The notes beneath the pieces are model-generated. The model searched no databases. It was not told where the DNA came from and saw nothing but the letters and a program-made list of their open reading frames with translations. From the NCBI GenBank assembly GCA_030431975.1, contig JAUIHP010000024.1, positions 5,321-69,320 of the forward strand: a stretch of DNA of 64,000 nucleotides. Direction: 5' to 3'. Below, in pieces: positions 18,071 to 28,024 of this stretch (position 1 is its first letter; the number at the start of each line of letters is the position of its first letter). The stretch is from a bacterium (GTDB lineage Bacteria; Eisenbacteria; RBG-16-71-46; CAIMUX01). The position numbers and the translations under genes were made by a program.

Positions 18071-21000
18071 CTATCTGGAAACGACCAGCCGACCGATGGT
18101 CGACTGCGACGCTCCCCCGGCCGACGTGGCCTCGAGTTTGTAGAAATAGACGCCGTTGGCCAGCCCGTCGCCGTCCTCATCGCGTCCGTCCCAGGGAATC
18201 CCCTCGTCGGCCAACTGGTTCGGCGTGAGGAAGCCCCCCTCCAACGTGCGGATCTTGCGACCCCGCAAAGTGAAGATCTGGATTTCTACCTCGGACGCCT
18301 CCCCAATGGAAGCATAGAAGCGCGTCGAGCGTTCCATCGGGTTGGGAAGGTTGAAGACCTGCGACAGCCCAAGCCCGAATTCTCCGGAACCGGAGAGGGC
18401 AAAGTTCAGCCGGACTCCCGATCGATTGTTGACGTTGTCGGAAGCCTCGAGAACCAACTCGTACCGTCCTTCGGGCAGATTCGAGGGCAACGGGTGTTCG
18501 AGGGTCGCCTCCCGAAAATCGTTTCCGAAGACAACAGAGTTGGAGATGTCCTCGGCGAAGATCGTCTGCCCGTCCTGCTCCAGCCGAAAGACGACGGAGC
18601 GCGAAGGCACGAGCCCGGTCACATTGATTCCGCTCGCATCCTGCAGAGACGCCGTGAAGACAGCCTCCGGCGAAACGGTAGTTCCGCCGGAGACGAAGCC
18701 CAGTTGCAGCTCCGGACCATCGACGTCATCGGACGGCGGCGGCGTAGTCTCGGGAACGGTCAGGCTCGGCAGGGAACCCGCGGCGTCCCGGGTTCCGTCG
18801 TCCGCATACACGTAGAGACGGGCCGCACCGCGATCGCCGGTTCGGAGCGCCGCCGGAGTGAAGAGGGACGCGTCAAATCGTCCGCCTTGGACCGTGGCCC
18901 GACCTCGATAAATGGTCGCACCTGGGAGTTGATAGTCGTTGCGAGTGTCGTTTGCCGTGGGTTCGCGCACGATCTCGGAGTCGAAGAGTTCGACCCAGGC
19001 CTCGCCGTCGAAGTCTTCCGCCACCTCGCCGTCGGCTCCGAAGATGCGTCCGGACACCTGAACCGGGGTTCCCCGTGGAAGAACACCGCCGAGAGGATCA
19101 CCGTCCAATGTCTTCAACTCGACATCCATCTCGTGCCCGGGGGCGACCAGAGCAATGGCGGGGTCACCGTGCATGGCATACCGCCGCTGGTTGAGCCCGG
19201 TGTTGTTGAGCAGAAGCTTCCCCACCGCCGCAGCTTCCCCCATCGGCCGGCTGTTGCTGGAAAGACCGTCGGGAAAGCACCGATCGAAGAAGAGTTTGTT
19301 CATGTCGGCGTTACCCTGGGCGAAAGCAACAGCCGACGCGGAAAAAACGACCGGAGATCCCCCGTTCTCGTAACGGATCAGAGCCTCGGCCAATCCCTCA
19401 CCGGACGAGTCGTACTTTCCGATGGAACAGGATGCCGTCAGGAACAGGAACATGCGGTCGGGGTTGTCGAGGCTGGCAACGGACGAGACGTCGAAGATCC
19501 GTTCATCCGAAACTTGCGTCTCTCCCCCATGGCCGGTGTAGTTGACGACCAAAGTGCCGGCGTTCATCGACCCCAACAGGTCGGCCGCCGACGCCGGCTT
19601 GTTCGTGAAGATGCACTCCGGACCGTACTCGTAGAGGTAGTTCTTTTTCAGGTCCATCGACGCTGGAAAATACTCCTCCAACTGCTCCGTTTGGCGCATG
19701 TGGAGAAAGCCCAGGTCGTCGGAGATGGTTCCCTGGCAAACGTCGTCGGCGACGAGCGTAATCCGGTTGCGCCACGGCCCGAAGTCCGACTGCTGCTCGT
19801 AGCGAATCGTCTTTTCAACCATGGTCCGCGCTTCCGCCGGCGTCCGGGCGACGAGGCGACCCAGAAACATGTCCATTCCAACTTCCCCGGGCCCATCGAG
19901 CAGCACCAGGTAGTCGTCCGAGGAAAACCTGGGGTCGTAGATCGTGCGAACGAAAATGTTGTCGAAGTAGCGGATGTAGGTCGGAACGAAGTCCGGCGAG
20001 TCTTCGACGACGAGACCCCGATGGTCCCGGTGCGCGTCTCCCATGAGCAGGGCGTAGGCCGGGCCGTCCTCCGGGTTCCCGCCGGTCCACTGGTCCCGAG
20101 CAAGCTCGAAGAAATTCCGAATGGCGTTCGGATCTTTGCGGCCGAAAGCGAACTCGTCGTAGACCTGCTGGACATCGACGACGGCCACGGAGGCAGTGGC
20201 CCGATCCGGGAAGTTCGAACGACGATACTCGGCCAGGTCTTCGGCTTCGTCGATGAAGTCCCCGTGGGTGAGGATGATCATCTGCACCGCGTCGGTTCTC
20301 TCTCGCAGATACCCGCCGACCGGCTCCGACTCGAGCGTCAGTTCGGGACTCCGCATGGCGTCGTTCTGGGACGCGACCAGGCGCGCGGGCTCGTCGCGCG
20401 AAACGTCGAAACGGAACTGCAGGGTCGACCCAACCGCGCTCCCCTCGATCAGGGACGGTCGTCTCGGGTCGGTGGCGTCCACGACCCGGACATCCCCCGG
20501 ATCGGAAAACTCCGCAACTTCGAAGGACTGCGGACCGACGACTCCACCGAGAAAGGTGGCGAGTCGACCGTCCCGGGCCCGGAGTTCACGTGTGTAGGTC
20601 ATCTCGATGAACGCCAGGTAGACGATGTCGAGGCGTGAGATGGTCGCGTCGGGATGCGCGCGGCCGATCAGCTGGAAGACCTGCTGGTCCCCCGGCACCA
20701 GCTGGGTTCCCATGGACTCGACGTCCTGACGCCTTCGCTCATCCCATTGATACCGGCCCAGGGTCTCGCCGTTGAGGACCAGCTCGAGGTCGTGGTCCGG
20801 GGGTGCCGGGACCTCGTCACTGTCCGGATCGTTGGCGCCCCAGAAGCGGGCAAAGACTTCCACGGGTTCCGTGGCCACCGGATCCGGAATGCTGACGGTC
20901 ACGTTTTGGAACTCGTCCCGGACCTCGGTCGTCACGAGTTCGCGCCACCAGAACATCTCCCAGTCCGCCGAGTCGGGCGCCGGATTTTCCCGCTGGCGCG

Positions 21001-22135
21001 CATCGAAAAACTCATTCCCTTCATGGTGAACGCGGTCTCGAACGGAGCGCACGAACGGGGCTTGGGCACCGGATCCATCGACGACGGCCATGCGCACAGG
21101 CTCGCCCTGGAACGTCCCTCCCCATGTCATCCAGTACGTCGACTCGTTGGCGGAAGGGTCACGATAGAAGTCTTCCAAGCCGGGCCGATCGACGCCCTTG
21201 TTCGAGAACCAGTCATCCGGTCCGTGACCGAGGAAGATCAGTCGGTCGGAAGGATCGAAGACTCCATCCTCGAGTCCTTCGGTCATGACGGCGATTTCTT
21301 CCATCCAGCCCGGCGCGTCGGCCAGAAAGGCATCATCCGGGATCACGAGTTGCGTCCCGGTGAAGACACGGATCGATGACGGATCGGAGATGTCCGACAG
21401 ATCGATCCCAATCCGCTCGAGATCGGTTCCAGCCACCGCGTACAGACCCTCGACCTGTGTGGTCATCCGAACCCAGGGCGCAGACGTGCTGGAAAAGTAA
21501 TCCCCGTCCCCGGCCAGGGCGGGTTGCGCCTCGGCGGGAACCCGGCGCCACCCCTTGCCGCTTTCGTAATTGAGAAAGGCCGCTTCGTAGAGTGACTCGT
21601 AGCCGTCTCTTCCGGACTCTGCACGAGCGCGGGAACGGGCGTCCGCTTCCGCGTCGATCCCGCCTTCGATGACGACGGTCGCCCTGACGGAAACCAGGGC
21701 CTCGATCTGACCACCGGTCGTGAGCCTCCACGGGGTCACGCCGAGCGGGACTCCAAACTGCTGACGAACGTAGGTCGGCTGGCCCGCGGAAACGACCGGC
21801 CCCTGCCAAGCGTCGGGAAGTCTCGGATCCGGAGGGAGAGTGAGGTCCGGACGCGGCTCCCACCGGGCGTCCCGAATCTGGATATCGGCGATGCCCCCGC
21901 CGGGTGGGACGGCGATCCAGGTCGTGGGCCGATTCACGGACGGGAACCGTCCCTCTGTCTCGAGCCCGTTCCCGAAGCCGGCCGAAGCCGCTTCCGCCCC
22001 GTCCCAGGCGACTTCGAGTGTCGAACCGGACTCGCCGACGACTCGGAACTCCGCCCGGACCGACGAGGATCCGAGACCGACGAGCACGAATGAAAGGAGT
22101 GTGAGGAAAGAAAAGAGGATGTGTTTGGATCTCAT
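18071..22135 (-). CDS. porU: T9SS sortase PorU (peptidase C25) with FlgD-like CTD
   Basis: VYDEFAFG..DPNAIRNF, LLMGDA, SSDDY, FLGRL, VADD; catalytic VNYTGHG and LTASC; MHGDPAI; CTD NLPNP...WDGRDEDG..LANGVYFYKL. Confidence 0.88.
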   Translation of the reverse strand: MRSKHILFSFLTLLSFVLVGLGSSSVRAEFRVVGESGSTLEVAWDGAEAASAGFGNGLETEGRFPSVNRPTTWIAVPPGGGIADIQIRDARWEPRPDLTLPPDPRLPDAWQGPVVSAGQPTYVRQQFGVPLGVTPWRLTTGGQIEALVSVRATVVIEGGIDAEADARSRARAESGRDGYESLYEAAFLNYESGKGWRRVPAEAQPALAGDGDYFSSTSAPWVRMTTQVEGLYAVAGTDLERIGIDLSDISDPSSIRVFTGTQLVIPDDAFLADAPGWMEEIAVMTEGLEDGVFDPSDRLIFLGHGPDDWFSNKGVDRPGLEDFYRDPSANESTYWMTWGGTFQGEPVRMAVVDGSGAQAPFVRSVRDRVHHEGNEFFDARQRENPAPDSADWEMFWWRELVTTEVRDEFQNVTVSIPDPVATEPVEVFARFWGANDPDSDEVPAPPDHDLELVLNGETLGRYQWDERRRQDVESMGTQLVPGDQQVFQLIGRAHPDATISRLDIVYLAFIEMTYTRELRARDGRLATFLGGVVGPQSFEVAEFSDPGDVRVVDATDPRRPSLIEGSAVGSTLQFRFDVSRDEPARLVASQNDAMRSPELTLESEPVGGYLRERTDAVQMIILTHGDFIDEAEDLAEYRRSNFPDRATASVAVVDVQQVYDEFAFGRKDPNAIRNFFELARDQWTGGNPEDGPAYALLMGDAHRDHRGLVVEDSPDFVPTYIRYFDNIFVRTIYDPRFSSDDYLVLLDGPGEVGMDMFLGRLVARTPAEARTMVEKTIRYEQQSDFGPWRNRITLVADDVCQGTISDDLGFLHMRQTEQLEEYFPASMDLKKNYLYEYGPECIFTNKPASAADLLGSMNAGTLVVNYTGHGGETQVSDERIFDVSSVASLDNPDRMFLFLTASCSIGKYDSSGEGLAEALIRYENGGSPVVFSASAVAFAQGNADMNKLFFDRCFPDGLSSNSRPMGEAAAVGKLLLNNTGLNQRRYAMHGDPAIALVAPGHEMDVELKTLDGDPLGGVLPRGTPVQVSGRIFGADGEVAEDFDGEAWVELFDSEIVREPTANDTRNDYQLPGATIYRGRATVQGGRFDASLFTPAALRTGDRGAARLYVYADDGTRDAAGSLPSLTVPETTPPPSDDVDGPELQLGFVSGGTTVSPEAVFTASLQDASGINVTGLVPSRSVVFRLEQDGQTIFAEDISNSVVFGNDFREATLEHPLPSNLPEGRYELVLEASDNVNNRSGVRLNFALSGSGEFGLGLSQVFNLPNPMERSTRFYASIGEASEVEIQIFTLRGRKIRTLEGGFLTPNQLADEGIPWDGRDEDGDGLANGVYFYKLEATSAGGASQSTIGRLVVSR

Positions 22136-22317
22136 GGATTCTCCCGCAGACGAACCTGGAGACGGGCGCCTATACTACTGGGCTGGTCCAGTGGGCTGGT
22201 CCAGGACACGGTTCTTCCGCAGGGCCTCCTTGCGAGGCTAGCAACGGGAAACCTCAACGTCAACGGAGCCCCGAACGGTTGTAACCCTTCGGATGGATAC
22301 AGGTTTCCAGCAATAGC

Positions 22318-23553
22318 GTGACGGAAAAAGGGCGAGCAGAAGCTCGGAAACGACGGCGCCCCGGGCGGGAGATCTCCCGAGCCTTCAAGAGACGGACTCT
22401 CCCCTGGATCACCCAATGGCTGGGAAACTCCTCCGGAGGCGGCCGCTCTGTGTTCCCTCCCCGCCCCAAATCGCGGGTTCTGATCGTTCGCCAGGACAAT
22501 CGACTGGGAAACCTGGTGCTCCTGACGACGTTTCTGCGCAGCTTGCGCCAGGCCCTGCCCGAGGCCCATCTGACGCTGCTTACGGGCGAAGCCTACGGCG
22601 GAATCCTCCAGGATTGGCCCTGGGTCGACGACTGGATCATGCAGCCCAAACGCCGACATGCCCGGGAGCCTTGGCAGTTCCCCGGTTGGCTGCGTGGAGT
22701 TCGCTCCGGGAACTGGGATCTGGCCCTGGAAATGTCCAACCACAACACGCACTCCTACTACAACTGTGTCCTGACGGTCGCCTCGGGGGCGCCGGTCCGG
22801 ATCGGATTCGACGAACCCCGGAACCAGAACGTACTGACCCACTCCGTGGCGGCTCCGGACCCGGTCTGCCCCTTTGCCCTGGCTCCCCTTCGAATTCTCG
22901 AGGCCATGAAACTTCCCGTCGCGGCGGCCGCACCCTCGGTTCCACTTCCTCGAGCCGCGGACGGGTCGGATTGGCGCCCGCCGAACGGACTCGAACTGCC
23001 ACCGGAGCCCTTCGTGGTGTTGCACGTCGGCGGCCGGGGCGCCAAGTCCTGGCCCCTTCAGGCCTGGCGGGACCTGATTCCGGAGCTGGCCCGGGAAACG
23101 GGGCGTCCCCTCGTCCTGATCGGCGGTCCCGACGAGGTGCCCCAGATGAAAGCGCTTCGGGCGGAGGTGCCGTCCCAGGCCACGGTCGCGCCTCCTCTGG
23201 ACACGGACGATCTGGCCCAGTTTCTTCACCGAGCCGCCTCCTACGTCGGCTGCGATACCGGAGTCATGCATCTGGCGGCGGCCGTCGGTACGCCCACGGT
23301 CGCACTCTTCTTCCGGTCGAACCCGTACCACTATGGGCCCCTCGGGGAAGAGCACCAGGTCGTGCTTCTCTCCAACCCCTACGAAGTCGAAGAGTCCGCC
23401 TGGGCGGGATCGTTCTTCGGCCTCCGTCGGGCCGGACTCCACGTCAGCCTGGCGAGGGGCGAAGCGGCCCGCTCCGGACAACCCGAGACCGGTGCTTCGG
23501 CGCGAGCCGCGGTCACCCGGGCCGTTCAAGCCGCACTCACCCCGCGAACCTGA
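22318..23553 (+). CDS. Glycosyltransferase family 9 (ADP-heptose:LPS heptosyltransferase-like)
   Basis: VLIVRQDNRLGNLVL, KSWP and GCDTGVMHLAAAVGTPTVALF motifs. Confidence 0.88.
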   Translation: MTEKGRAEARKRRRPGREISRAFKRRTLPWITQWLGNSSGGGRSVFPPRPKSRVLIVRQDNRLGNLVLLTTFLRSLRQALPEAHLTLLTGEAYGGILQDWPWVDDWIMQPKRRHAREPWQFPGWLRGVRSGNWDLALEMSNHNTHSYYNCVLTVASGAPVRIGFDEPRNQNVLTHSVAAPDPVCPFALAPLRILEAMKLPVAAAAPSVPLPRAADGSDWRPPNGLELPPEPFVVLHVGGRGAKSWPLQAWRDLIPELARETGRPLVLIGGPDEVPQMKALRAEVPSQATVAPPLDTDDLAQFLHRAASYVGCDTGVMHLAAAVGTPTVALFFRSNPYHYGPLGEEHQVVLLSNPYEVEESAWAGSFFGLRRAGLHVSLARGEAARSGQPETGASARAAVTRAVQAALTPRT

Positions 23554-23570
23554 CCCTGATCTGGCTTCCC

Positions 23571-24476
23571 CTACGGGGCGAAGACCAGCAGATAGGTGAT
23601 GAGGAGCCCGAACGAGACCGACGTCGTCGCGACGAATCGGGCCATGGCGTCGTGATTCTGGTACTCGTCATTCTGCAGGAAGCGAGCTTCCCATCGGCGC
23701 AACGCCACCTCCGGTCCGAGAACTCCTACGAAGAGAAGGATCGCCGGAGCCGCTCCAAAGGACTTCCACAACGTGACGGCGGCCAGACCGGTCCCCAACC
23801 ACAAGCCGAATTCCGAAACCCGAAACGCGGCCCGCCATCCGTAGCGAACCGCGATCGTCTCGTCCCCCCGGTCGCGGTCCTCGCGAATCTGATAGACCTG
23901 GGTCAGAGGAAACAGCCCGGTCGGAACGACCAAAGCCGCCGCGCCGGCCCACGCCCTCACTCCTTCCGTAATCGAGCCGATGTCGCCTCCACCGGCGAGG
24001 AAGCCGCTGACGAACGCTCCCCCGCCGTGCCCAACGGTGACAAGAACAAGGCTCGGCCAAAGCCGGCTTTTGATCCGCACGCTGGGATGGGAGTAGGCCC
24101 AACTCACTCCGATGAGGAAGAGATGGACGACGGCGTAGGCCGGCCCGATGAAAACCACCGCCAGACCGCCTCCCACGAATTGCAGAAGGTAGGCCGCGAC
24201 CAGGTCCTGCGGCGTCACGCGACTCGGGTGGCGAAGAAACGCGACGGGGCCTTCGTCCCGATCGTAGAAGCTGTTGATGACGGTGGCCCCGCCTCCCAGT
24301 GAGACATGGAAGACGAAGAGTCCGATCAGGAAGGCCCAAAGTGAGAACTCTCCAGCCCCCGAACCGGAGAACACGGAACGGGCGAAGAGCGCTCCCCAAA
24401 GAAAAAGAGGCGCAAGGACGAGCTGGAATGGAAGGCGAAGATGAGTCAGAAAGCGGGCAGGGGCCAGGGAATCCAA
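23571..24476 (-). CDS. UbiA-family prenyltransferase
   Basis: Multi-TM protein with INSFYDRDEG, YSHPSVRIK and QIREDRDRGDETIAVRYG motifs. Confidence 0.8.
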   Translation of the reverse strand: MDSLAPARFLTHLRLPFQLVLAPLFLWGALFARSVFSGSGAGEFSLWAFLIGLFVFHVSLGGGATVINSFYDRDEGPVAFLRHPSRVTPQDLVAAYLLQFVGGGLAVVFIGPAYAVVHLFLIGVSWAYSHPSVRIKSRLWPSLVLVTVGHGGGAFVSGFLAGGGDIGSITEGVRAWAGAAALVVPTGLFPLTQVYQIREDRDRGDETIAVRYGWRAAFRVSEFGLWLGTGLAAVTLWKSFGAAPAILLFVGVLGPEVALRRWEARFLQNDEYQNHDAMARFVATTSVSFGLLITYLLVFAP

Positions 24477-24521
24477 GATTGCTCCGCGTGATGGCCGACG
24501 GTAAGCCTGTCGCCTGAAGGA

Positions 24522-25493
24522 CTAGCCCGACGTCTCTTCGAACGCCCCCATCTTCAGGTACTTCTGAAGGCGTTCTTCCAGAAGTTCTTTCGTCGGGATG
24601 CGGGCCAGCACGGCCAGGTGTTCCCGAATCTCGACGCGCAGCGTCTCGGCCATCGTATTCAGGTCCCGATGCGCACCGCCCAAGGGCTCCGGCACGACCC
24701 GGTCGATGACGCCGAGATCAAAAAGCTCCTGGGCGGAGATGCGAAGCGCGGCCGCCGACTCCGGGGCCTTGGAACGGTCCTTCCAGAGAATCGCGGCACA
24801 TCCCTCCGGCGAGATCACGGAATAGACGGAGTTCTCGAGCATGAGGACCCGGTCACCGACGGCGATGGCAAGCGCACCGCCGGATCCGCCTTCCCCGACG
24901 ATGAAAACCAGGGTCGGCACTTCCAGACGAGACATCTCCAGGAGGTTGCGGGCAATCGCCTCGGACTGGCCACGCTCTTCCGCCCCCACACCCGGGTAGG
25001 CACCGGGGGTGTCGACGAAGGTGATGACGGGCATCCCGAACTTCTCGGCCAGCTTCATCATGCGCAACGCTTTCCGGTACCCCTCCGGATGGGGCATGCC
25101 GAAGTTGCGCTTCAGATTCTCTTTGGTGTTCCGACCCTTCTGGTGGCCGATGATGACGACCGGACGATTCTCGAAACGCGCGGTTCCGCAAACGATGGCG
25201 GCATCATCTCCGAAACTGCGATCTCCATGCAGCTCGAGGAATTCGGTAAAAAGGAGCGGAATGTAATCGAGGAGGTAGGGACGGCGCGGGTGACGGGCCA
25301 ACTGGACCCGCTGCCACGGAGTCAGTTCGGAGTAGATCTCTGACCGAAGGCGGGCCGCCTTGTCCTCGAGCTTGACGAGTTCATCCGAGAACTCCAGGTT
25401 CTCCTGGTCCGCGAACGCACGGAGATCCTCGATCTTTCGCTCGAGCTCGACGAGGGGTCGCTCGAAGTCCAGCCAGGCTGTTTCCTTGCCCAC
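24522..25493 (-). CDS. accA: Acetyl-CoA carboxylase carboxyltransferase alpha subunit
   Basis: LDFERPL, WQRVQLARHPRRP, NFGMPHPEGYRKALR, DTPGAYPG, GEGGSGGA. Start reassigned to GTG 25493. Confidence 0.97.
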   Translation of the reverse strand: MGKETAWLDFERPLVELERKIEDLRAFADQENLEFSDELVKLEDKAARLRSEIYSELTPWQRVQLARHPRRPYLLDYIPLLFTEFLELHGDRSFGDDAAIVCGTARFENRPVVIIGHQKGRNTKENLKRNFGMPHPEGYRKALRMMKLAEKFGMPVITFVDTPGAYPGVGAEERGQSEAIARNLLEMSRLEVPTLVFIVGEGGSGGALAIAVGDRVLMLENSVYSVISPEGCAAILWKDRSKAPESAAALRISAQELFDLGVIDRVVPEPLGGAHRDLNTMAETLRVEIREHLAVLARIPTKELLEERLQKYLKMGAFEETSG

Positions 25494-25532
25494 GTTTGTC
25501 ACCACCACAAGGTTTGATCCAAAGTCCCGCGG

Positions 25533-25561
25533 ACGGTAACAGCCGACGGAAGCGGAGTCAA
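25533..25561 (-). promoter_or_regulatory. Putative sigma70 promoter of accA
   Basis: Minus strand reads TTGACT-17 nt-TACCGT with a TG extension, 40 nt upstream of the start. Confidence 0.55.
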
Positions 25562-25782
25562 ACTTAGCCAGATCCTCGCATTTGCTTGCCCGAGAACAGG
25601 TCCGGACCGCCTTTACTCGGCGCGCCCGTTCCGATAGAAGTGTAGCTGCTCGGTTTGATGGAGCGCTGGCGGATCCCAGCCGGCCGACCGAACCGAATCG
25701 ATGGGCTGCCGACGCCGGTGTTCCCGCCGGCCTCTCAGGCGATGATCCAGGACGAGGAGGCGCTTTGCTCTCGAGTCGACTC

Positions 25783-27537
25783 ATGCTCGAACGAACGGTC
25801 CACCTGGCAATGGCGATGGCCTTTGCCTGCATCGTCGTGTTCTCGGCTCCGACCTTGGTCCGGGCTCAGGGCGAACAGATGCTGATGGACGCGGTCCCAT
25901 CCTCGTCCGACTCGACCGAGGTCACGGAAGCGCCCTTCGTCGACGCCCGCCTCGCCAATCCACGCGCCGCCATGGAGCACTTCCTGCGCTCGGTCAACGA
26001 CGTCGCCCGCGGCGACCGGTCCCGGATCGACGACGCGGTCGCGTGTCTCGACCTCTCCAACGTCCCGGCTGCGATTCGGGCGGAGCGCGGACCGGACCTG
26101 GCCGTGAAGCTGAAGGAGGTCATCGACCGCACGCGGTACGTCGTCCTCGAAGAGATCCCGGCCGACCCGAACGCCTCTCCCTATGTGTTTCTGCGACAGG
26201 CCGAGGGCGAGATCGTGATCGCCCGCAGCGGGGATGGAGCCTGGCGATTCACCCGTAGAACCATCGACTCCGTGCCTTCGCTGCTGGACTCTCTGGAGGA
26301 CAGGAAGCGTGTGGAGGGCGCGGTCGCGGCCCCTATCGGAATCAGCCCGGGACTCTGGTTGCAGTCGAAGGTTCCAAGCACGCTGAGAACAGAGCGACTG
26401 TGGTTGGAAGACTGGCAGTGGATCGGGCTCTTCGTGCTCATCCTGGTCGGTCTGACGCTGGACAAAATCGTCGCTGGGTTTCTCTACTCCACCCTTCAGC
26501 GATTCTTCCGTCACTACAAGGTGGAGATGGCCGAGCGCATCATCCGCAACGGTCTGAGGCCGGTCGGACTCCTCGTCATGGCGCTGGTCTGGATGCTGGG
26601 TCTCCGCTACCTCGCCCTACCCGATCAGCTCTACGCCATTCTGCTCATCGCGACCAAACTCGTCGCCGTCGCCGCGGCGCTGTGGGCTGCGTACCGAATC
26701 ACCGACGTCGTCACCGAGTTTCTGCTCAAGCGCGCCGGCGAGACCGAGTCGAAACTGGACGACGTGCTCGTTCCGATGTTTCGTCGCGCCATCAAAGTCT
26801 TTCTCGCCGTCATCGGGATCGTCTTTCTCGCGGACAGCCTCGACATCAACATCACCGCTTTCCTTGCCGGACTGGGGCTCGGTGGTTTAGCCCTGGCTCT
26901 TGCCGCGAAAGACACGGTGGAGAATCTCTTCGGGTCTCTGACCGTTCTCATCGACCGCCCCTTCAACATCGGGGACTGGGTCAAGATCGACAATCAGGAA
27001 GGAACCGTCACGGAGGTCGGCTTCCGTTCCACTCGGATCCGAACGTTCTACGATTCCGAGATCACCGTTCCCAACGCGACGTTGATCAACACCGCCGTCG
27101 ACAACATGGGAGCACGCCGATACCGGCGTTGGAGCACGAAGCTCGGCGTCCAGTACGACACGTCTCCGGAGAGGATCGAAGCGTTCTGCGAGGGCATTCG
27201 CGAGATCATTCGTCAGCACCCCTACACGCGGAAGGATTACTTCCACGTCTACGTGAACGAGTTCAACGCCAGTTCCCTCGACATCCTGCTCTACGTGTTC
27301 TGGGAGGCCCCGGATTGGACGGTCGAGTTGCAGGAACGACACCGCCTCTTTCTCGATATCCTGCGTCTCGCGCATCGGCTCGGTGTGGAGTTTGCGTTCC
27401 CGACGCGGACCGTCCATCTGTCGCAGAATCCGCCGGCGCCCGAAGAGTTCCAGTCGCCGGAGTTGCCGTCCCCCGAAGACGTGGCCGCATCGATCGAGTT
27501 GGGACGAACGGAAGGGCGGGAGATCGGGTCGAAATAG
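25783..27537 (+). CDS. MscS-family mechanosensitive channel with periplasmic N-domain
   Basis: AGLGLGGLALALAAKDTVENLFG, DRPFNIGDWV, GTVTEVGFRSTRIRT, FAFPTRT. Likely start ATG 25783. Confidence 0.92.
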   Translation: MLERTVHLAMAMAFACIVVFSAPTLVRAQGEQMLMDAVPSSSDSTEVTEAPFVDARLANPRAAMEHFLRSVNDVARGDRSRIDDAVACLDLSNVPAAIRAERGPDLAVKLKEVIDRTRYVVLEEIPADPNASPYVFLRQAEGEIVIARSGDGAWRFTRRTIDSVPSLLDSLEDRKRVEGAVAAPIGISPGLWLQSKVPSTLRTERLWLEDWQWIGLFVLILVGLTLDKIVAGFLYSTLQRFFRHYKVEMAERIIRNGLRPVGLLVMALVWMLGLRYLALPDQLYAILLIATKLVAVAAALWAAYRITDVVTEFLLKRAGETESKLDDVLVPMFRRAIKVFLAVIGIVFLADSLDINITAFLAGLGLGGLALALAAKDTVENLFGSLTVLIDRPFNIGDWVKIDNQEGTVTEVGFRSTRIRTFYDSEITVPNATLINTAVDNMGARRYRRWSTKLGVQYDTSPERIEAFCEGIREIIRQHPYTRKDYFHVYVNEFNASSLDILLYVFWEAPDWTVELQERHRLFLDILRLAHRLGVEFAFPTRTVHLSQNPPAPEEFQSPELPSPEDVAASIELGRTEGREIGSK

Positions 27538-27552
27538 GCAGATCCTGCTCCC

Positions 27553-27636
27553 GGCTCGGACTTCTGGCTCGGACTTCCGACTCGGACTTCCGACCCGGAC
27601 TTCCGACCCGGACTTCCGACCCGGACTTTCAACCCG
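27553..27636. repeat. 13-bp tandem repeat (GACCCGGACTTCC), about 6 degenerate copies
   Basis: ggctcggacttct/ggctcggacttcc/gactcggacttcc/gacccggacttcc x2/gacccggactttc, directly after the mscS stop. Confidence 0.9.
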
Positions 27637-27976
27637 GGTTCGAGACTTCCAACCGGACCGTGGCGGCACAACGGGCCATGCCCGGCCGACCCGTTCGCGC
27701 TTTGCATGCCCGCGCTCGTCTTCATGCAAGATGCGGCGGCCGTTTACGCATACGGAAGCCCCGGGGCGAACCGTCTTCCCTGAACTTCCCAAAGACTATC
27801 TGACCGCGCCACAGACTCTTGCCGGAGTTCGAGAGGAATCCGTCCTGCGATTCTCCCCGATGGTACGGAGGTTGACCTATATCCCCCTGAAGCTGCGAGA
27901 CGCAGCCCAGAGTTTGCGGGACGTCCGGTCAACCCAGCCCGCCCAGCCTCCTGCCTGCCGGACGTCCCAATTTGTC

Positions 27977-28009
27977 GAGACCCCCGTCCCCAACGGACGG
28001 GGGTTTCTT
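27977..28009 (+). terminator. Terminator-like GC hairpin upstream of pyrE
   Basis: GAGACCCCCGTCC-CCAAC-GGACGGGGGTTTC-TT, with only a short U tract. Confidence 0.45.
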
Positions 28010-28024
28010 GCTAGAGTGCGCGGC

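Noticed and set aside
17867-20638. 923-aa plus-strand ORF
   Set aside because: Antisense shadow of porU in high-GC DNA, with no recognisable motifs.
22416-24302. 628-aa Arg/Pro-rich ORF
   Set aside because: Alternative frame over GT9 and antisense to UbiA; its composition is typical of non-coding frames.
27553-27636. Possible CRISPR arrays (also 34351-34497 and 58169-58259)
   Set aside because: Contiguous short units with no unique spacers and no cas genes.
27835-27952. Resemblance to the c-di-AMP (ydaO) riboswitch (GAATCC...GGTACGGAGG)
   Set aside because: The downstream conserved elements (GTCAGCTAAC etc.) are not matched, so it is kept only as an unnamed structured leader.
27383-28024. 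ORF-track N-terminal extensions (pyrE 27383, accA 25832, mscS 25582, lpdA 40588, GT87 49122, Omp85 4230, 47623)
   Set aside because: They overlap neighbouring genes or repeats, and better starts with an RBS, coupling or homology onset lie downstream.
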